Counted from the first letter of the stretch, positions 41,204-55,600 are shown. The stretch: DNA of 64,000 nt from Lingula anatina (GCA_051362555.1 CM120644.1:20482534-20546533), one strand, 5' to 3'. A program made the numbers and translations. Notes: generated by a model from the letters alone, not told the origin.

Positions 41204-43520
41204 TAACTGATGATTTACACTGTTAATTGACCGTGCTCTCATGTATTGTGTAATCACAATGTCAGACTTCCCCCTGTTGCAATGTACCTAATTTAATTTA
41301 AATATTATATATTATATATAATATTATAATATAAATATAGTATAAGTAATATATATTTGTCATATATTGTTCCTTTTTGAAAATGATATTCTGTTTTTTT
41401 CCTTATTCCTCATTCATTATCATTCATGTTATAAATACTTGATTGCAGTACGTTTATAAATAAATTATACATTTATAAATCAATAAGAATTTTTTTAAGG
41501 TTGATGCTGACGCTCATGCATGTTAATCAAACAAACAATACTTAGTTCAATCTTTGACTACGGAAAAATTCATATTGAACGAAATAACTGATAACAAATT
41601 TAACTAGCAGTTTGTTAGCAACACTAAAAACATAATCAGCTGCACGGGCCAAACTGGTGAACAAAAGGACAGTTCGCTACGGGAGACGGTTTAGTGGCAC
41701 GCGGTAGCATGGGTTCAAGCCTTGCCTCTTACAGCTGTAATCCTATCGCCACAACAAACAATGGAGACCTTCTGGCTGATGTATCCTGCTGTTAATAACA
41801 CCTAGTTAAAGCGGACTGTGTCGCTCGCGCTGGACCACAGAAACCGCCTAAGGTATTGTGTTATTACACCTAAACTATTGTGTTTTTGCGTTCCAATTTT
41901 GAAGGGATTTATACGGCTGTCCATTGTTTGTCCGTCCCATATTCTATTCACAGGACAGGGATTAAAACATTTCAAATGTTTTTGAAACGTTGTACAACAG
42001 AAACATAATTATTACTACTACTGTATAGTGTCGATGGTCACAATTTGATTAAAGAGAATCATCAGTATGGCAATATCATTGTTGCACTGACCTGTCCTAA
42101 GGTTGCGAGGTTGAGATCAGCTCAGTAGTCCTCAGTGTAATGATAATCCAGTAAAAATACACCTTCATCTCTACTGAAAACAGATAATACATCATCAATA
42201 AAAATATACTTATATACACATACACTATAGTTAAAAAACAGAACACACTGATCAAAATATATTTTTATAATATAGTAAACACATACAGCGACAATAAGCC
42301 TTTCCACCTTGAAAATATTCATCTCTATTGAAAACAAATAATACTTCATAAATGAAAAATATATTTATAAACACACACAGTAGTTACAACACAGAAATAA
42401 CACCAAAATATATATTATAATATACTAGTAGTAAACACATACAGCGACATTAATGACATAGACAATGATCAGAATACATACAGACACATTCAGTGTCACA
42501 ACAGACAATGCACAGGCATCACAATGTATACATGAAATTTTGTATATATCAAGATTTTTTCTGAGCGCATCCTTGACCATCCCCCAACTCCAAACAATTA
42601 ACATTAAGCCTTGTCACCTTGAAAATATTTCAAACAGTGGGAACTAAGTGATAATTTTCCAAAATGATAATTTCTCAGGTACCACATATAGTGTCGATGG
42701 TCACAATTCGATTAAAAAGAATCTTCAGTATGGCAATATCATTGTTGCACTGACCTGTGCTGAGGTTACCAGGTTGAGATCAGCTCAGCTGTCCTCAGTA
42801 TGATGATTATCCAGGAAACACCTTAATCTCTACTGAAAACAGATAATACATCATCAACAAAAAATATATTTATAGACACATACAGTGGTTATAACACAGA
42901 AATTAAGGTGACCAAAATATATTATTATATTATAATAAAAACATACAATGACAACAGACATATACAGACAGTGATTGGAATATATACAGACAGATTCAAC
43001 GTCACAACACACAATGCACAGGCATCGGAATGTGTGCATGAAATTTTGTCTATATGAAGATTTTTCCTAAGCAAATCCTCGCCCCCCCCCCCTCCCCAAA
43101 CACCAAACAGATAACATTAAGCCTTTCCACCTTGAAAATATTCATCTCTATTGAAAAAAAAAAAAAAATACATCATAAATGAAAAATATATTTATAAACA
43201 CACACAGTAGTTACAACACAGAAAGAACACAGTGACCAAAATAGGGAAGTTTGGCGTAGTCAAACGTTTATTTATGGCGACGGTCTGATTCTTCACAAGT
43301 TGTTAACATTTTTGCTCTAGCCTCAGATTCGTAAACACATACAGCGACAATAATAACATAGACAATGATCAGAATACATACAGACACATTCAACGTCACA
43401 ACAGACAATGCACAGGCATCACAATGTATACATGAAATTTTGTATATATCAAGATTTTTTCTGAGCGCATCCTTGACCATCTCCCAACTCCAAACAGTTC
43501 ACATTAACCCCTGTCACCTA

Positions 43521-45027
43521 TGGTAATGTGCCAAGCATTTCGACGGGCCCAGTCAATCCGACCACAAAAATTATTTTATGAAATTAATTTTTCTGGGCTC
43601 AAACAATTAGTCCATACGTCAAAATCATGGGACAGAATTTTTTTCTTGTTCCGATTGTTCGACCACATCGTCGACAAGACTCGGTAAATTTTCAAGCCAG
43701 TGAAATAGATGCTGCATGCCTCGGCCCTTTGTCAATTGTTGTCCTTTCAATAGCTCTCGTCAATGAGGAAGAAACAATTAACTGAAGATCTAATCTGGAA
43801 GCATTACGTACCTGTCTTTTCCTTTGTCCCCGATGACAATAATAGTGCTTATAGACATACAAATTTTGCTAATTAAGCAGACTTGCCCTCGCTGACTGAT
43901 TCATCACGCCCGTAACTGGGGAGGGGGGGGGGTTAAAAAAAGGTCTATTCTGGATGAAACCAATTATCGACAGTGGGTAGAATACGTCGTAAACACTTTC
44001 ATATAGACCATATATCGCGTTTGCTAGCAATAAAAAGTTTGGGAAGAATAAGCAATTTATTTTCAAGTTCGATTGAAATATATATGCAGATGGGGAAACG
44101 TTCTTGAAGTCAACACCGCAAGATCTTACATTTACTACAATCGACCGAAAGATCAGCGGGATCGACCGCCCAGACTTCTTGGCGCCAAATACCACACGCT
44201 GTCAAAATCTGACGAACACGTGTCGCTGTTCACCTACATGGATAACTGATTTGTCAACAATAAAAATGACGTCTTCCTTAACTCCATGGGAGCTTTATAG
44301 AGAGTTCCACTGGGTATTTACGTTACCTGTGAGTCACTTTCTATTTCCCCATATGCATGAAATGTTGATAATATTTAGCGTAATCCACGACGAACTCCAT
44401 TCCTGTGACCCCCCTCCCCCAAAATGGGACCGTCTTCATTAACATGTGGTTCGCGCTATGCTGGAGCAGGCCAGATAAAACCAGTCCCTCATTTCTGCAT
44501 GTGCTCAATTCTCACGTCAAATTATAAATGCACCTGTTTTGTGAAAATTATGGCAAGTAAATGCTTTTTTTACGATCGGGTTGTATCAGTGGGGTTTTCA
44601 ATATGCACCGTGGTTTGTGCACAGCGAGAGTATATAAGTAAGAAAATCGGAAGAGTGCAAGCAAGATACTGTATGTCTATCGGCACAGGTACGCTCCGTA
44701 TTTTGCCTTTTCTCAATATTTTTTATATGACATGCTTTTTAAATAAAATACTTAATAGTAATTTAAAGTTACACTGATTTCCGTTTGAGTACCAGTTGGT
44801 ATTCTTTGATACGGGTGATTGAATTTTCTTCGGAAGTACGTACGTCTACGCCTCGACGCTGAGCAAGCCTTGCGGGTTGAAAACAACTGATCTCAGACTG
44901 GTAAATTGATTTCAGTTGTCATATTAAAATTCAAATAGGGCGTACGTAAATCACATAACTGGTTTAAGTCCACTAAAGCTACCGGTTTCAAATATAAGTG
45001 ACCGGCCTTTGTCGGTCACTTATATTT
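43521..45027. mobile_element. Unclassified 1.5-kb insertion ending in a long hairpin
   Basis: Non-satellite DNA ending aaatataagtgaccggc-cttt-gtcggtcacttatattt. No TIR pair or TSD seen. Confidence 0.55.
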
Positions 45028-45314
45028 TAAGAAGATTTTTGGTAAGCGAATCCTTGACCCGCCCCCAACTCCAAACAGTTCACATTAACCCTTGTCACCT
45101 TGAAAACAGTTATCTCTACTGAAAGCAATACATCATCAATGAAAAATATATTTATAGAAACATACAGTAGTTACCACACAGAAATTAGTGACCAAAATAT
45201 ATTATTATATTATAATAAAAACATACAGCGAAAATAGACATATATAGACAGTGATCAGAATACATACAGACACATCCAATTTCACAACAGACAATGTACA
45301 GGCATTACAATATA

Positions 45315-46991
45315 CAGTGTATGAAATTCAAGGAAATTACTAGCCAGACCGCCGGGCAGGTAACTCTGAAAAGTTACCAGCCCGGCCATGTAGTTACCTG
45401 CCCTATTTATGATAACCCCTAGAGTTAAGAGAGGTATGCTGAGGGGGTCTAGAATGCATTCTTGGGAGAGTAATTTGGAAATGAAAGGGCAATATCATGC
45501 CTTATGCATGGAAATTTAGAAATTGTTTGGAATTTCTACTGAATGATACCTTGTCAGTGTTGGATTTAGAGGGGGTCAAGGGGCTCCTGACGCCCCCCTT
45601 TTAATTTCTGTAAAAAAAACTCACCTCTTGAAATAAGATTTTCACTAGTTGAATCATAGTTCTAAACCATACAAAATGGCACCATTCACCATCTAAAATA
45701 CCAAAAATTTTCAGGACCCTTTAGCAGTCGGGGGAGGGCGGGGGTAGTCAATTCAGTTTATGTTCACCTTGCAGGCTGTCTCATTTCTTCGTCAATAATT
45801 TATTCATAACTTTTATTCCGATTTCGTGATATAATTTGATCATAATTTTTGCTTTTTTGTATAGCAACAAGTATGACCAAAAATATATATATTGTTGTCA
45901 AATAAATCGATCTCTGTGCTAATAATAAAGAAGAAAAAAATTAGCATGTAGGGTCCCTTTGAATATCGCTTTTAAGCTTTAAAAAGCGGTCGGGAATGGT
46001 CCTGCACGCTAATGGCCCATAGACATTCCTGCAGGGCCCCGTATCTCGAAAGCATTGCTTATTGAGAATAGCTATATATATCACATAGAGGCTACAATAT
46101 CATTTTTATATGGGGCGAGTATGGACGAGTTATTGGATCGAGATGCTTGCGCTCGGTAGCAATGCGTGATACTTTCGAGTTACGGTTTTACGAAAAAAAA
46201 TGTTGCCGCTCGACTCATTGCAAATCGAAGTCACCTTTCCATTGGTCCCAATTTGTTCTGTTTCATTTGGTTCTGTCGTAATCTTTGTTAGTTTTATTTC
46301 TTTCCTCAATTGTTTTTCTTTTGTGAACTTCTCTATCGGACTTGATAGAATTTTTTCATTTTTGACAGCCCAAGATGAAAGCACGTGGGAAAAGAACTAC
46401 ATCTGACGCACGGCGTAAACTCGTACGTTCACTCATAATTTTGGGATTCAAATTTTTTGTAAAATTCTCCTTTTATTTGCCTCCATTGTCTTTATTACTG
46501 TTGATTATAAGCACTTCATGTACCTATAAGTCGATTTAATCAATATCATAACTTTTTATACTTTCACATTTTTATTACTCTCAACCTACAAATTGCTACT
46601 CGCGGTATCTCCTCTACACAAAACAATGACGTAACGTTATCTGCTGTGCACTGAAGCTGGTTAAGAACATTGTGCCTCGTTTCAAATTGTCTTTCAACTT
46701 TCATATCACACAGACAGAACTTCGAAAACGAGGCCACTGAGAGGGAGACTGTTGGTTACATTTCGATACGAGCGTTCGATTGCAAGCTATGGTTAGTTCT
46801 TTGCTTCTATGAAAGTGGGTGAAAACAGTGAGTTTATTTGATATTTTGCTGAAATTGCTTGTGAACATAGACAAAATAAAAGGTGAAAATAGGCTGTAAA
46901 AACAGCCAGCCCGTCGGGCGGGTAATCTGCAAATCTTACCCGCCCGGCCTGAAAGTTACCAGCCTCGGGCTGGCGGCCATTTCATACACTG
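45315..46991. mobile_element. Non-autonomous hAT-like element
   Basis: TIR cagtgtatgaaat / atttcatacactg, flanking duplication caatata, and subterminal ttacc(a/c)gcccggcc repeats. Confidence 0.82.
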
Positions 46992-47929
46992 CAATATATA
47001 CAAGAAATTTTGTCTATGTATCAAGATTTTTGCTCAGCGAATTCTCGCCCCCCCCCCCCCCCCCAAACACCAAAAAGACAATATAAAGCCTTGTCACCTT
47101 GAAAATATTTAAAACAGTGGAAGCACGTGACAATTTTCCAAAATGATTACAGTGACCAAAATATATTATTATATTATAATAATAACATACAGTGACAACA
47201 GACATATATAGACAGTGATTAGAATACATACAGACACATTTAACGTCACAACACACAAAGCACAGGCATCGGAATGTATGCATGAAATTTTCTCTGTATC
47301 AAGACTTTTGCTAAGCGAATCCTTGACTCCTGCACCTCCAACTCCAAACAGGTAACATTAACCCTTGTCACTTTCAAAATATATAAAACAGACTGGAACT
47401 TACGTGCCAATTTTCCCAAACGATAATTTCTCAGGTACCACATATATTGTTGATGGTCACAGTTCGATTAAAAAGAATCATCAGTATGGCAATATCATTG
47501 TTGCACTGACCTGTGCTGAGGTTGTGAGGTTGTGATCAGCTCAGCTGTCCTCTGTCTGATGATCATCCAGAAAACACACCTCCATCTCTACTGAAAACAG
47601 ATAACACATTATCAATAAAAATTATATTTAAAGACACGTACAGTGGTTATAACAAAGAAATTACAGTGACCAAAATATATTATTATATTATAATAAAAAC
47701 ATACAGCGATAACTGACATAGACAGTGATCAGAATACATACAGACCCATCCAATTTCACAACAGACAATGTACAGGCATCACAATATATACAAGAAATTT
47801 TGTTTATATCAAGATTTTTGCTAAGCCAATCCTTGACCCCCCCCCCTCCCACCCCAAACTCCAAACAGATAATATTAAGCCTTGTCTCCTTGAAAATATT
47901 TAAAACAGTGCAACTACGTGACAATTTTC

Positions 47930-50535
47930 GTGGAGATTAACGTTTGTTAATCTGATTTAAACGCATCACACAATGCCAGCTGCCTAGTAAGTCACGTGAG
48001 ACCCGGCAGCGCCACTTGCGGCAGCGCCCCCTGCATTAAGATGCGCGCGCATGATAGACCGTTAGATTCAATTTCGGTATCTTGAACAGTGCAGCGCCGC
48101 ACGCTTTCTGCTTATGGCTTTTTAATTTTTGCTTCTGACTTGTACTAGTTTTTAGTTATGGATATAGATGTACAGAATTAAAGAGTGGGCTAAGAAGGCC
48201 GAGCTGAATGATGAGACACTTGCTCTCCTGCGAGAGAATGGTCTCGAAAGCATGAAAGCCATTAAAATGCTCAACAGTGCTAATACCAGCAAATTCTTTG
48301 GAAAATCCCTCTCCCTCGGGCAGCTGCTACTACTACAGGGAGCCATTGATGAATTGAAAGAGTCAGTGGAGCCATCTCCAGTCAAAGAGCCTGCACAGAC
48401 CCAACCCCAGTCCATAGCATCAGGAACGCAGGATCATCAAGCTTCACAGCAACCTCTGGATGTCACAAATCTGCTCTCCATTTTATCCAAAGATGCACCT
48501 AAGCCAGAACAAGAGGGAAAGTCTTCATACGTTTTCGACCCTTTTGACATAGCCGCAAGCAACAACAGTAAGTGTAGAGACATTCGTGACTATATCACCC
48601 AGTTTCAACAAACTAAGTCAGCGGTGAAATTAGGCGACTTTGAACTCTCCCTTCCCGAGACCAAACCAAAACTAGAAGCTGTAACGCCCCTGCAGTATAT
48701 GGAGGCAAGTCTTAAGATCATGAGAGAACTAGTGACCGACGAGGGATATACGCAGCAACAAATGATGGACTACACCGGCTACCTCATAAAGATAGCACAT
48801 ATGGGCCAACGTTTTCAATGGAAATCTGTCCTAAAGTACGACCAAGAGTACCGTAAAGCTAAAGTAGCGGCCGACTTTCAATGGAGAGCTGATAATGTTT
48901 ATATGATGCAGGTGTTCCTGCGGGAGAACAGCACGTCGATCAGAAGCACACAGTCCAGACCACAGGAGGGAGGAGCGCGCAATAACAAGTTTGACCCTTC
49001 ATCAGGTCGCATTGTCTGTGATCGTTTTAACGGTAAAAACGGGTGTTCCCTTCGTCACTGCAAATATTCGCACATATGCAAAACGTGCTACGCCCGCAAC
49101 CACGGCGAATTCAACCACAAAACGGGCCAACCTACCCTGGATTCAAAAAACGATTAAACAAGAGTGTCGGAACCACGGGCCAACTCCCCCCACTCTTAAA
49201 CAGCTTAGAGATATGGCGCGCTGAGCTTGTCGGAGACAAAGACAGAGACTTCATCTTAAACGGCATAGTGAACGGATTCTCTCTAACTGATAATGATATT
49301 AAAGTTACTGACATTGCACCAGTAGAAGTAGATAATAGCAATAGAGTGAATAGGCCCGATATCCGTCCCCATGTAGAAAAGCAATTATTGGACGGACTTA
49401 AAGAAGGACATTACATAACTTCCTCAGAGAAACCCCTAATCACTAGTGCTATCACATGCGTGCCAAAGCCTGATGGTGAAATTCGTGTAATTCACGATCT
49501 CAGTCAGCCTGAGAATAGTGGAGTAAACTCTCATGCTTCAAAGGAGGCTATGAAGTACCAATCCATCCAAGACGCTTTGTCCTGTATACAGCCTGGCTCG
49601 TTTATGGCAAAAGTTGACCTCAAGAGTGCCTACAGATCGGTCCACATCAAGCGAGAGCAGAGATCTCTGACGGGACTTAAATGGCAGTTTGTAGGGGACG
49701 CGCACCCCATTTACCTATCCGACACACATCTACCTTTTGGGAGGAGAAAATCGCCCTTTATCTTCAACAGAATTACACAGGCAGTTCGGCGGATGATGAT
49801 TAAAAAGGATTGTCTGGAACTGTAGCGTATCTGGATGATTTTTTCGTGACCGGGCATACTTTCCAAGACTGTCTTAGAGCATACAACACCCTTATCGGGC
49901 TCCTGCGGAAGCTAGGGTTTAGCATTAATTGGAAAAAGGTCACGGACCCGTCCCAATGAATATGTTTTCTTGGCATTGTTATTAACACAAATACCGACAG
50001 ACTTTCATTGAATAGTGACAAGATTACATCATTAAAGGAAGCAGTTAAGTCCTTCCTAACAAAGACTAGAGCCTCTAAACGCCAGCTGGAGACTCTTGCT
50101 GGGAAGTTATCTTGGGCCGCACAAGTAACCCCATGGGGAAGAGCGCACAATAGGTCAATTTTCAATCTTTTGTCTTCTCTGAGCTCTCCACAAAGCAAGA
50201 CTCGTCTGCAATCAATTAAACCGGACCTGCGTTGGTGGGACTTCTGGCTGAGAGAAGGATCAAACACAAAGAGAATCTGGCCCCCCTCGAGTGATGTTAT
50301 AGTTCACACGGACGCTAGCTTGCGCGCAGGTGGAGCTTTCTGCCTGGGAGACTGGACATACACTCACTGGGATTCAGACGTACTGGATATGTTACACCAT
50401 CACATTAACGTAAAAGAGCTGGCCGTCGTCATTGTGGCAGCTAGAAGGTGGCGCAACGTCTGGTCAGGTCGCAATGTAATAGTCCACACGGACAATACTG
50501 TTACTGTAGCTAACCTGAACAACTGCACAGCAACC
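47930..50535 (+). mobile_element. DIRS/Ngaro-group tyrosine-recombinase retrotransposon, 3'-truncated, copy 1
   Basis: gag plus overlapping RT/RNase H. 5' end gtggagattaacgtttgttaatc has a terminal hairpin. No TSD; ends within RNase H. Confidence 0.88.
48168..49157 (+). CDS. Gag-like ORF1 with C-terminal Cys/His finger
   Basis: 329 aa. It contains W.SVLKYDQEYR and CDRFN..GC....CKYSHICKTC....HG, typical of DIRS/Ngaro ORF1. Confidence 0.8.
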   Translation: MYRIKEWAKKAELNDETLALLRENGLESMKAIKMLNSANTSKFFGKSLSLGQLLLLQGAIDELKESVEPSPVKEPAQTQPQSIASGTQDHQASQQPLDVTNLLSILSKDAPKPEQEGKSSYVFDPFDIAASNNSKCRDIRDYITQFQQTKSAVKLGDFELSLPETKPKLEAVTPLQYMEASLKIMRELVTDEGYTQQQMMDYTGYLIKIAHMGQRFQWKSVLKYDQEYRKAKVAADFQWRADNVYMMQVFLRENSTSIRSTQSRPQEGGARNNKFDPSSGRIVCDRFNGKNGCSLRHCKYSHICKTCYARNHGEFNHKTGQPTLDSKND

Positions 50536-50595
50536 AATCATCAGTATGGTAATATCATTGTTGCACTGACCTGTGCTGAGGTTGAGAGGTTGTGA
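49043..50595 (+). pseudogene. RT-RNase H ORF2, copy 1 (frameshift and stop)
   Basis: A5 instead of A6 at 49802 and TGA at 49957 relative to copy 2. DLKSAY, YLDD, TDAS and HINVKEL motifs are present. Confidence 0.88.
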
Positions 50596-52309
50596 TCAGC
50601 TCAGCTGTCCTCTGTGTGATGATCATCCACAAAACACACCTCCATCTCTACTGAAAACAGATAACACATCATCAATAAAAATATATATTTATAGACACAT
50701 ACAGTATAGTTAAACAGAAATAACACAGTGGTCAAAATATATTATATTATATTATATTATATTATATTATATTATATTATATTATATTATATTATATTAT
50801 AATAAAAACATGCAGCGACAACAGATATAGACAGTGATCAGAATACATACAGACTCATCCAATTTCACAACAGACAATGTACGGGCATCACAATATATAC
50901 AAGAAATTTTGTCTATATCAGAATTTTTGCTAAGCGAATCTTTGACCCCCCCCCCCCACCCAAAGAGATAATAAAAGCCTTGTCACCTTGAAAATATTTA
51001 AAACAGTGGAACCACGAGACAATTTTCCAAAATGATTACAGTGACAAAAAAATATTATTATATTATAATAAAAACATACAACGGCAATAGACATATATAG
51101 ACAGTGATTAAAATACATACAGACACATTTAATGTCACAACACACAAAGCACAGGCATCGGAATGTATGCATGAAATTTTCTCTGTATCAAGACTTTTGC
51201 TAAGCAAATCCTTGACTCCTGCACCCCCAACTCCAAACAGGTAACATTAAACCTTGTCACTTTCAAAATATATAAAACAGACTGGAACTTACGTGACAAT
51301 TTTCCCAAATGATAATTTCTCAGGTACCACATATAGTGTCGATGGTCACTGTTCGATTAAAAAGAATCATCAGTATGGCAATATCATTGTTGCACTGACC
51401 TGTGCTGAGGTTGCGAGGTTGAATTCAGCTCAGCTGTCCTCAGTGTTATGATAATCCAGTAAACACACCTTCATCTCTACTGAAAACAGATAATACATCA
51501 TCAATAAAAAATATATTTATAGACACATACAGTGGTTATAACACAGAAATTACAGTGACCAAAATACATTATTTTTTTATGTTATAATAAAAACATACAG
51601 CCATAACTGACATAGACAGTGATTAGAATACATACAGACCCATCCAATTTCACAACAGACAATGTACAGGCATCACAATATAAACAAGAAATTTGGTTTA
51701 TATCAAGATTTTTGCTAAGCGGATCCTTGATCCCCCCCCCTCCCACCCCCAACTCCAAACAGATAATATTAAGCCTTGTCTCCTTGAAAATTTTTAAAAC
51801 AGTGCAACTACGTGGCAATTTTCCCAAATGATAATTTCTCAGGTACCACATATATTGTCGATGGTCACAGTTCGATTAAAAAGAATCATCACTATGGCAA
51901 TATCATTGTTGCACTGACCTGTGCTGAGGTTGCGAGGTTGTGATCAGCTCAGCTGTCCTCTGTGTGATGATCATCCAGAAAACACACCTTCATCTCTACT
52001 GAAAACAGATAATACATCATCAATAAAAAATATACTTATATACACATACAGTATAGTTAAAAAACAGAAATAACACAGTGGTCAAAATATGTTATATTAT
52101 ATTATATTATATTATATTATATTATATTATATTATATTATATTATATTATATTATATTATATTATATTATAATAAAAACATGCAGCGCCAACAGATATAA
52201 ACAGTGATCAGAATACATACAGACTCATCCAATTTCACAACAGACAATGTACGGGCATCACAATATATACAAGAAATTTTGTCTATATCAGGATTTTTAC
52301 TAAGCAAAT

Positions 52310-55300
52310 CCTTGACCCCCCCCCCCCCCCCCCCCCAACTCCAAACAGATAATATTAAGCCTTGTCTCCTTGAAAATTTTTAAAACAGTGAAACCTACGT
52401 GACAATTTTCCCAAATGATAATTTCTCAGGTACCACATATATTGTCGATGGTCACAGTTCGATTAAAAAAAATCATCAGTATGGTAACATATCATTGTTG
52501 CACTGACCCGTACTGAGGTTGCGAGGTTGTGATCAGCTCAGCTGTCCTCTGTGTGATGATCATCCACAAAACACACCTCCATCTCTACTGAAAACAGATA
52601 ACACATCATCAATAAAAAATATATTTATAGACACATACAGTATAGTTAAAAAACAGCAATAACACAGTGGTCAAAATATATTATATTATATTATATTATA
52701 TTATATTATATTATATTATATTATATTATATTATATTATATTATGATAAAAACATGCAGCGACAACAGATATAGACAGTGATCAGAATACATACAGACAC
52801 AACCAATTTCACAACAGACAATGTATGGGCATCACAATATATACAAGAAATTTTGTCTATATCAGGATTTTCGCTAAGCGAATCCTTGCCCCCCTCCCAC
52901 TAAAACAGATAATATAAAGCCTTGTCACCTTGAAAATATTTAAAACAGTGGAACCATGAGACAATTTTCCAAAATGATTACAGTGACAAAAATATATTAT
53001 TATATTATAATAAAAACATACAGCGACAATATACATATATAGACAGTGATTAAAATACATTCAGACACATTGAACCTCACAACACACAAAGCACAGGCAT
53101 CGGAATGTATGCATGAAATTTTCTCTGTATCAAGACTTTTGCTAAGCGAATCCTTGACTCCTGCACCTCCAACTCCAAACAGGTAACATCAACCCTTGTC
53201 ACTTTCAAAATATATAAAACAGACTGGAACTTACGTGACAATTTTCCCAAATGATAATTTCTCAGGTACCACATATATTGTCGATGGTCACAGTTTGATT
53301 TAAAAGAATCATCAGTATGGCAATATCATTGTTGCACTGACCTGCGCTGAGGTTGCGAGGTTGTGATCAGCTCAGCTGTCCTCTGTGTGATGATCATCCA
53401 CAAAACACACCTCCATCTCTACTGAAAACAGATAACACATCATCAATAAAAAATATATTTAAAGACACGTACAGTGGTTATAACAAAGAAATTACAGTGA
53501 CCAAAATATATTATTATATTATAATAAAAACATACAGCGACAATAGACATATATAGACAGTGATCAGAATACATACAGACACATCCAATTTCACAACAGA
53601 CAATGTACGGGCATTACAATATATACAAAAAATTTTGTCTATGTATCAAGATTTTTGCTCAGCGAATTCTTGTCCCCCCCCCCCCCCCCCAAACTCCAAA
53701 AAGACAATATAAAGCCTTGTCACCTTGAAAATATTTAAAACAGTGGAAACACGTGACAATTTTCCAAAATGATTACAGTGACAAAAATATATTATTATAT
53801 TATAATAAAAACATACAGCAACAATAGACATATATAGACAGTGATTAGAATACATACAGACACATTTAACGTCACAACACACAAAGCACAGGCATCGGAA
53901 TGTATGCATGAAATTTTCTCTTTATCAAGACATTTGCTAAGCGAATCCTTGACCCCCCCCCCCCCCCCCCCCAACTCCAAACAGATAATATTAAGCCTTG
54001 TCTCCTTGAAAATTTTTAAAACAGTGAAACCTACGTGACAATTTTCCCAAATGATAATTTCTCAGGTACCACATATATTGTCGATGGTCACAGTTCGATT
54101 AAAAAAAATCATCAGTATGGTAACATATCATTGTTGCACTGACCCGTACTGAGGTTGCGAGGTTGTGATCAGCTCAGCTGTCCTCTGTGTGATGATCATC
54201 CACAAAACACACCTCCATCTCTACTGAAAACAGATAACACATCATCAATAAAAAATATATTTATAGACACATACAGTATAGTTAAAAAACAGCAATAACA
54301 CAGTGGTCAAAATATATTATATTATATTATATTATATTATATTATATTATATTATATTATATTATATTATATTATATTATATTATATTATGATAAAAACA
54401 TGCAGCGACAACAGATATAGACAGTGATCAGAATACATACAGACACAACCAATTTCACAACAGACAATGTATGGGCATCACAATATATACAAGAAATTTT
54501 GTCTATATCAGGATTTTCGCTAAGCGAATCCTTGCCCCCCTCCCACTAAAACAGATAATATAAAGCCTTGTCACCTTGAAAATATTTAAAACAGTGGAAC
54601 CATGAGACAATTTTCCAAAATGATTACAGTGACAAAAATATATTATTATATTATAATAAAAACATACAGCGACAATATACATATATAGACAGTGATTAAA
54701 ATACATTCAGACACATTGAACCTCACAACACACAAAGCACAGGCATCGGAATGTATGCATGAAATTTTCTCTGTATCAAGACTTTTGCTAAGCGAATCCT
54801 TGACTCCTGCACCTCCAACTCCAAACAGGTAACATCAACCCTTGTCACTTTCAAAATATATAAAACAGACTGGAACTTACGTGACAATTTTCCCAAATGA
54901 TAATTTCTCAGGTACCACATATATTGTCGATGGTCACAGTTTGATTTAAAAGAATCATCAGTATGGCAATATCATTGTTGCACTGACCTGCGCTGAGGTT
55001 GCGAGGTTGTGATCAGCTCAGCTGTCCTCTGTGTGATGATCATCCACAAAACACACCTCCATCTCTACTGAAAACAGATAACACATCATCAATAAAAAAT
55101 ATATTTAAAGACACGTACAGTGGTTATAACAAAGAAATTACAGTGACCAAAATATATTATTATATTATAATAAAAACATACAGCGACAATAGACATATAT
55201 AGACAGTGATCAGAATACATACAGACACATCCAATTTCACAACAGACAATGTACGGGCATTACAATATATACAAAAAATTTTGTCTATGTATCAAGATTT

Positions 55301-55600
55301 TTGCTCAGCGAATTCTTGTCCCCCCCCCCCCCCCCCAAACTCCAAAAAGACAATATAAAGCCTTGTCACCTTGAAAATATTTAAAACAGTGGAAACACGT
55401 GACAATTTTCCAAAATGATTACAGTGACAAAAATATATTATTATATTATAATAAAAACATACAGCAACAATAGACATATATAGACAGTGATTAGAATACA
55501 TACAGACACATTTAACGTCACAACACACAAAGCACAGGCATCGGAATGTATGCATGAAATTTTCTCTTTATCAAGACATTTGCTAAGCGAATCCTTGACT
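52310..55600 (+). repeat. Near-perfect 1646-bp higher-order tandem duplication
   Basis: Identical ORF translations offset by 1646 bp (52857/54503, 53353/54999, 53646/55292). Confidence 0.9.

Noticed and set aside
41680-41830. tRNA-derived SINE (B-box-like ggttcaagcc)
   Set aside because: A-box spacing is too short; no tail, TSD or second copy.
49800-50267. Antisense ORFs over the RT (also 60176-60733) as a possible tyrosine recombinase
   Set aside because: No R-H-R-Y recombinase motifs; shadow ORFs of the coding strand.
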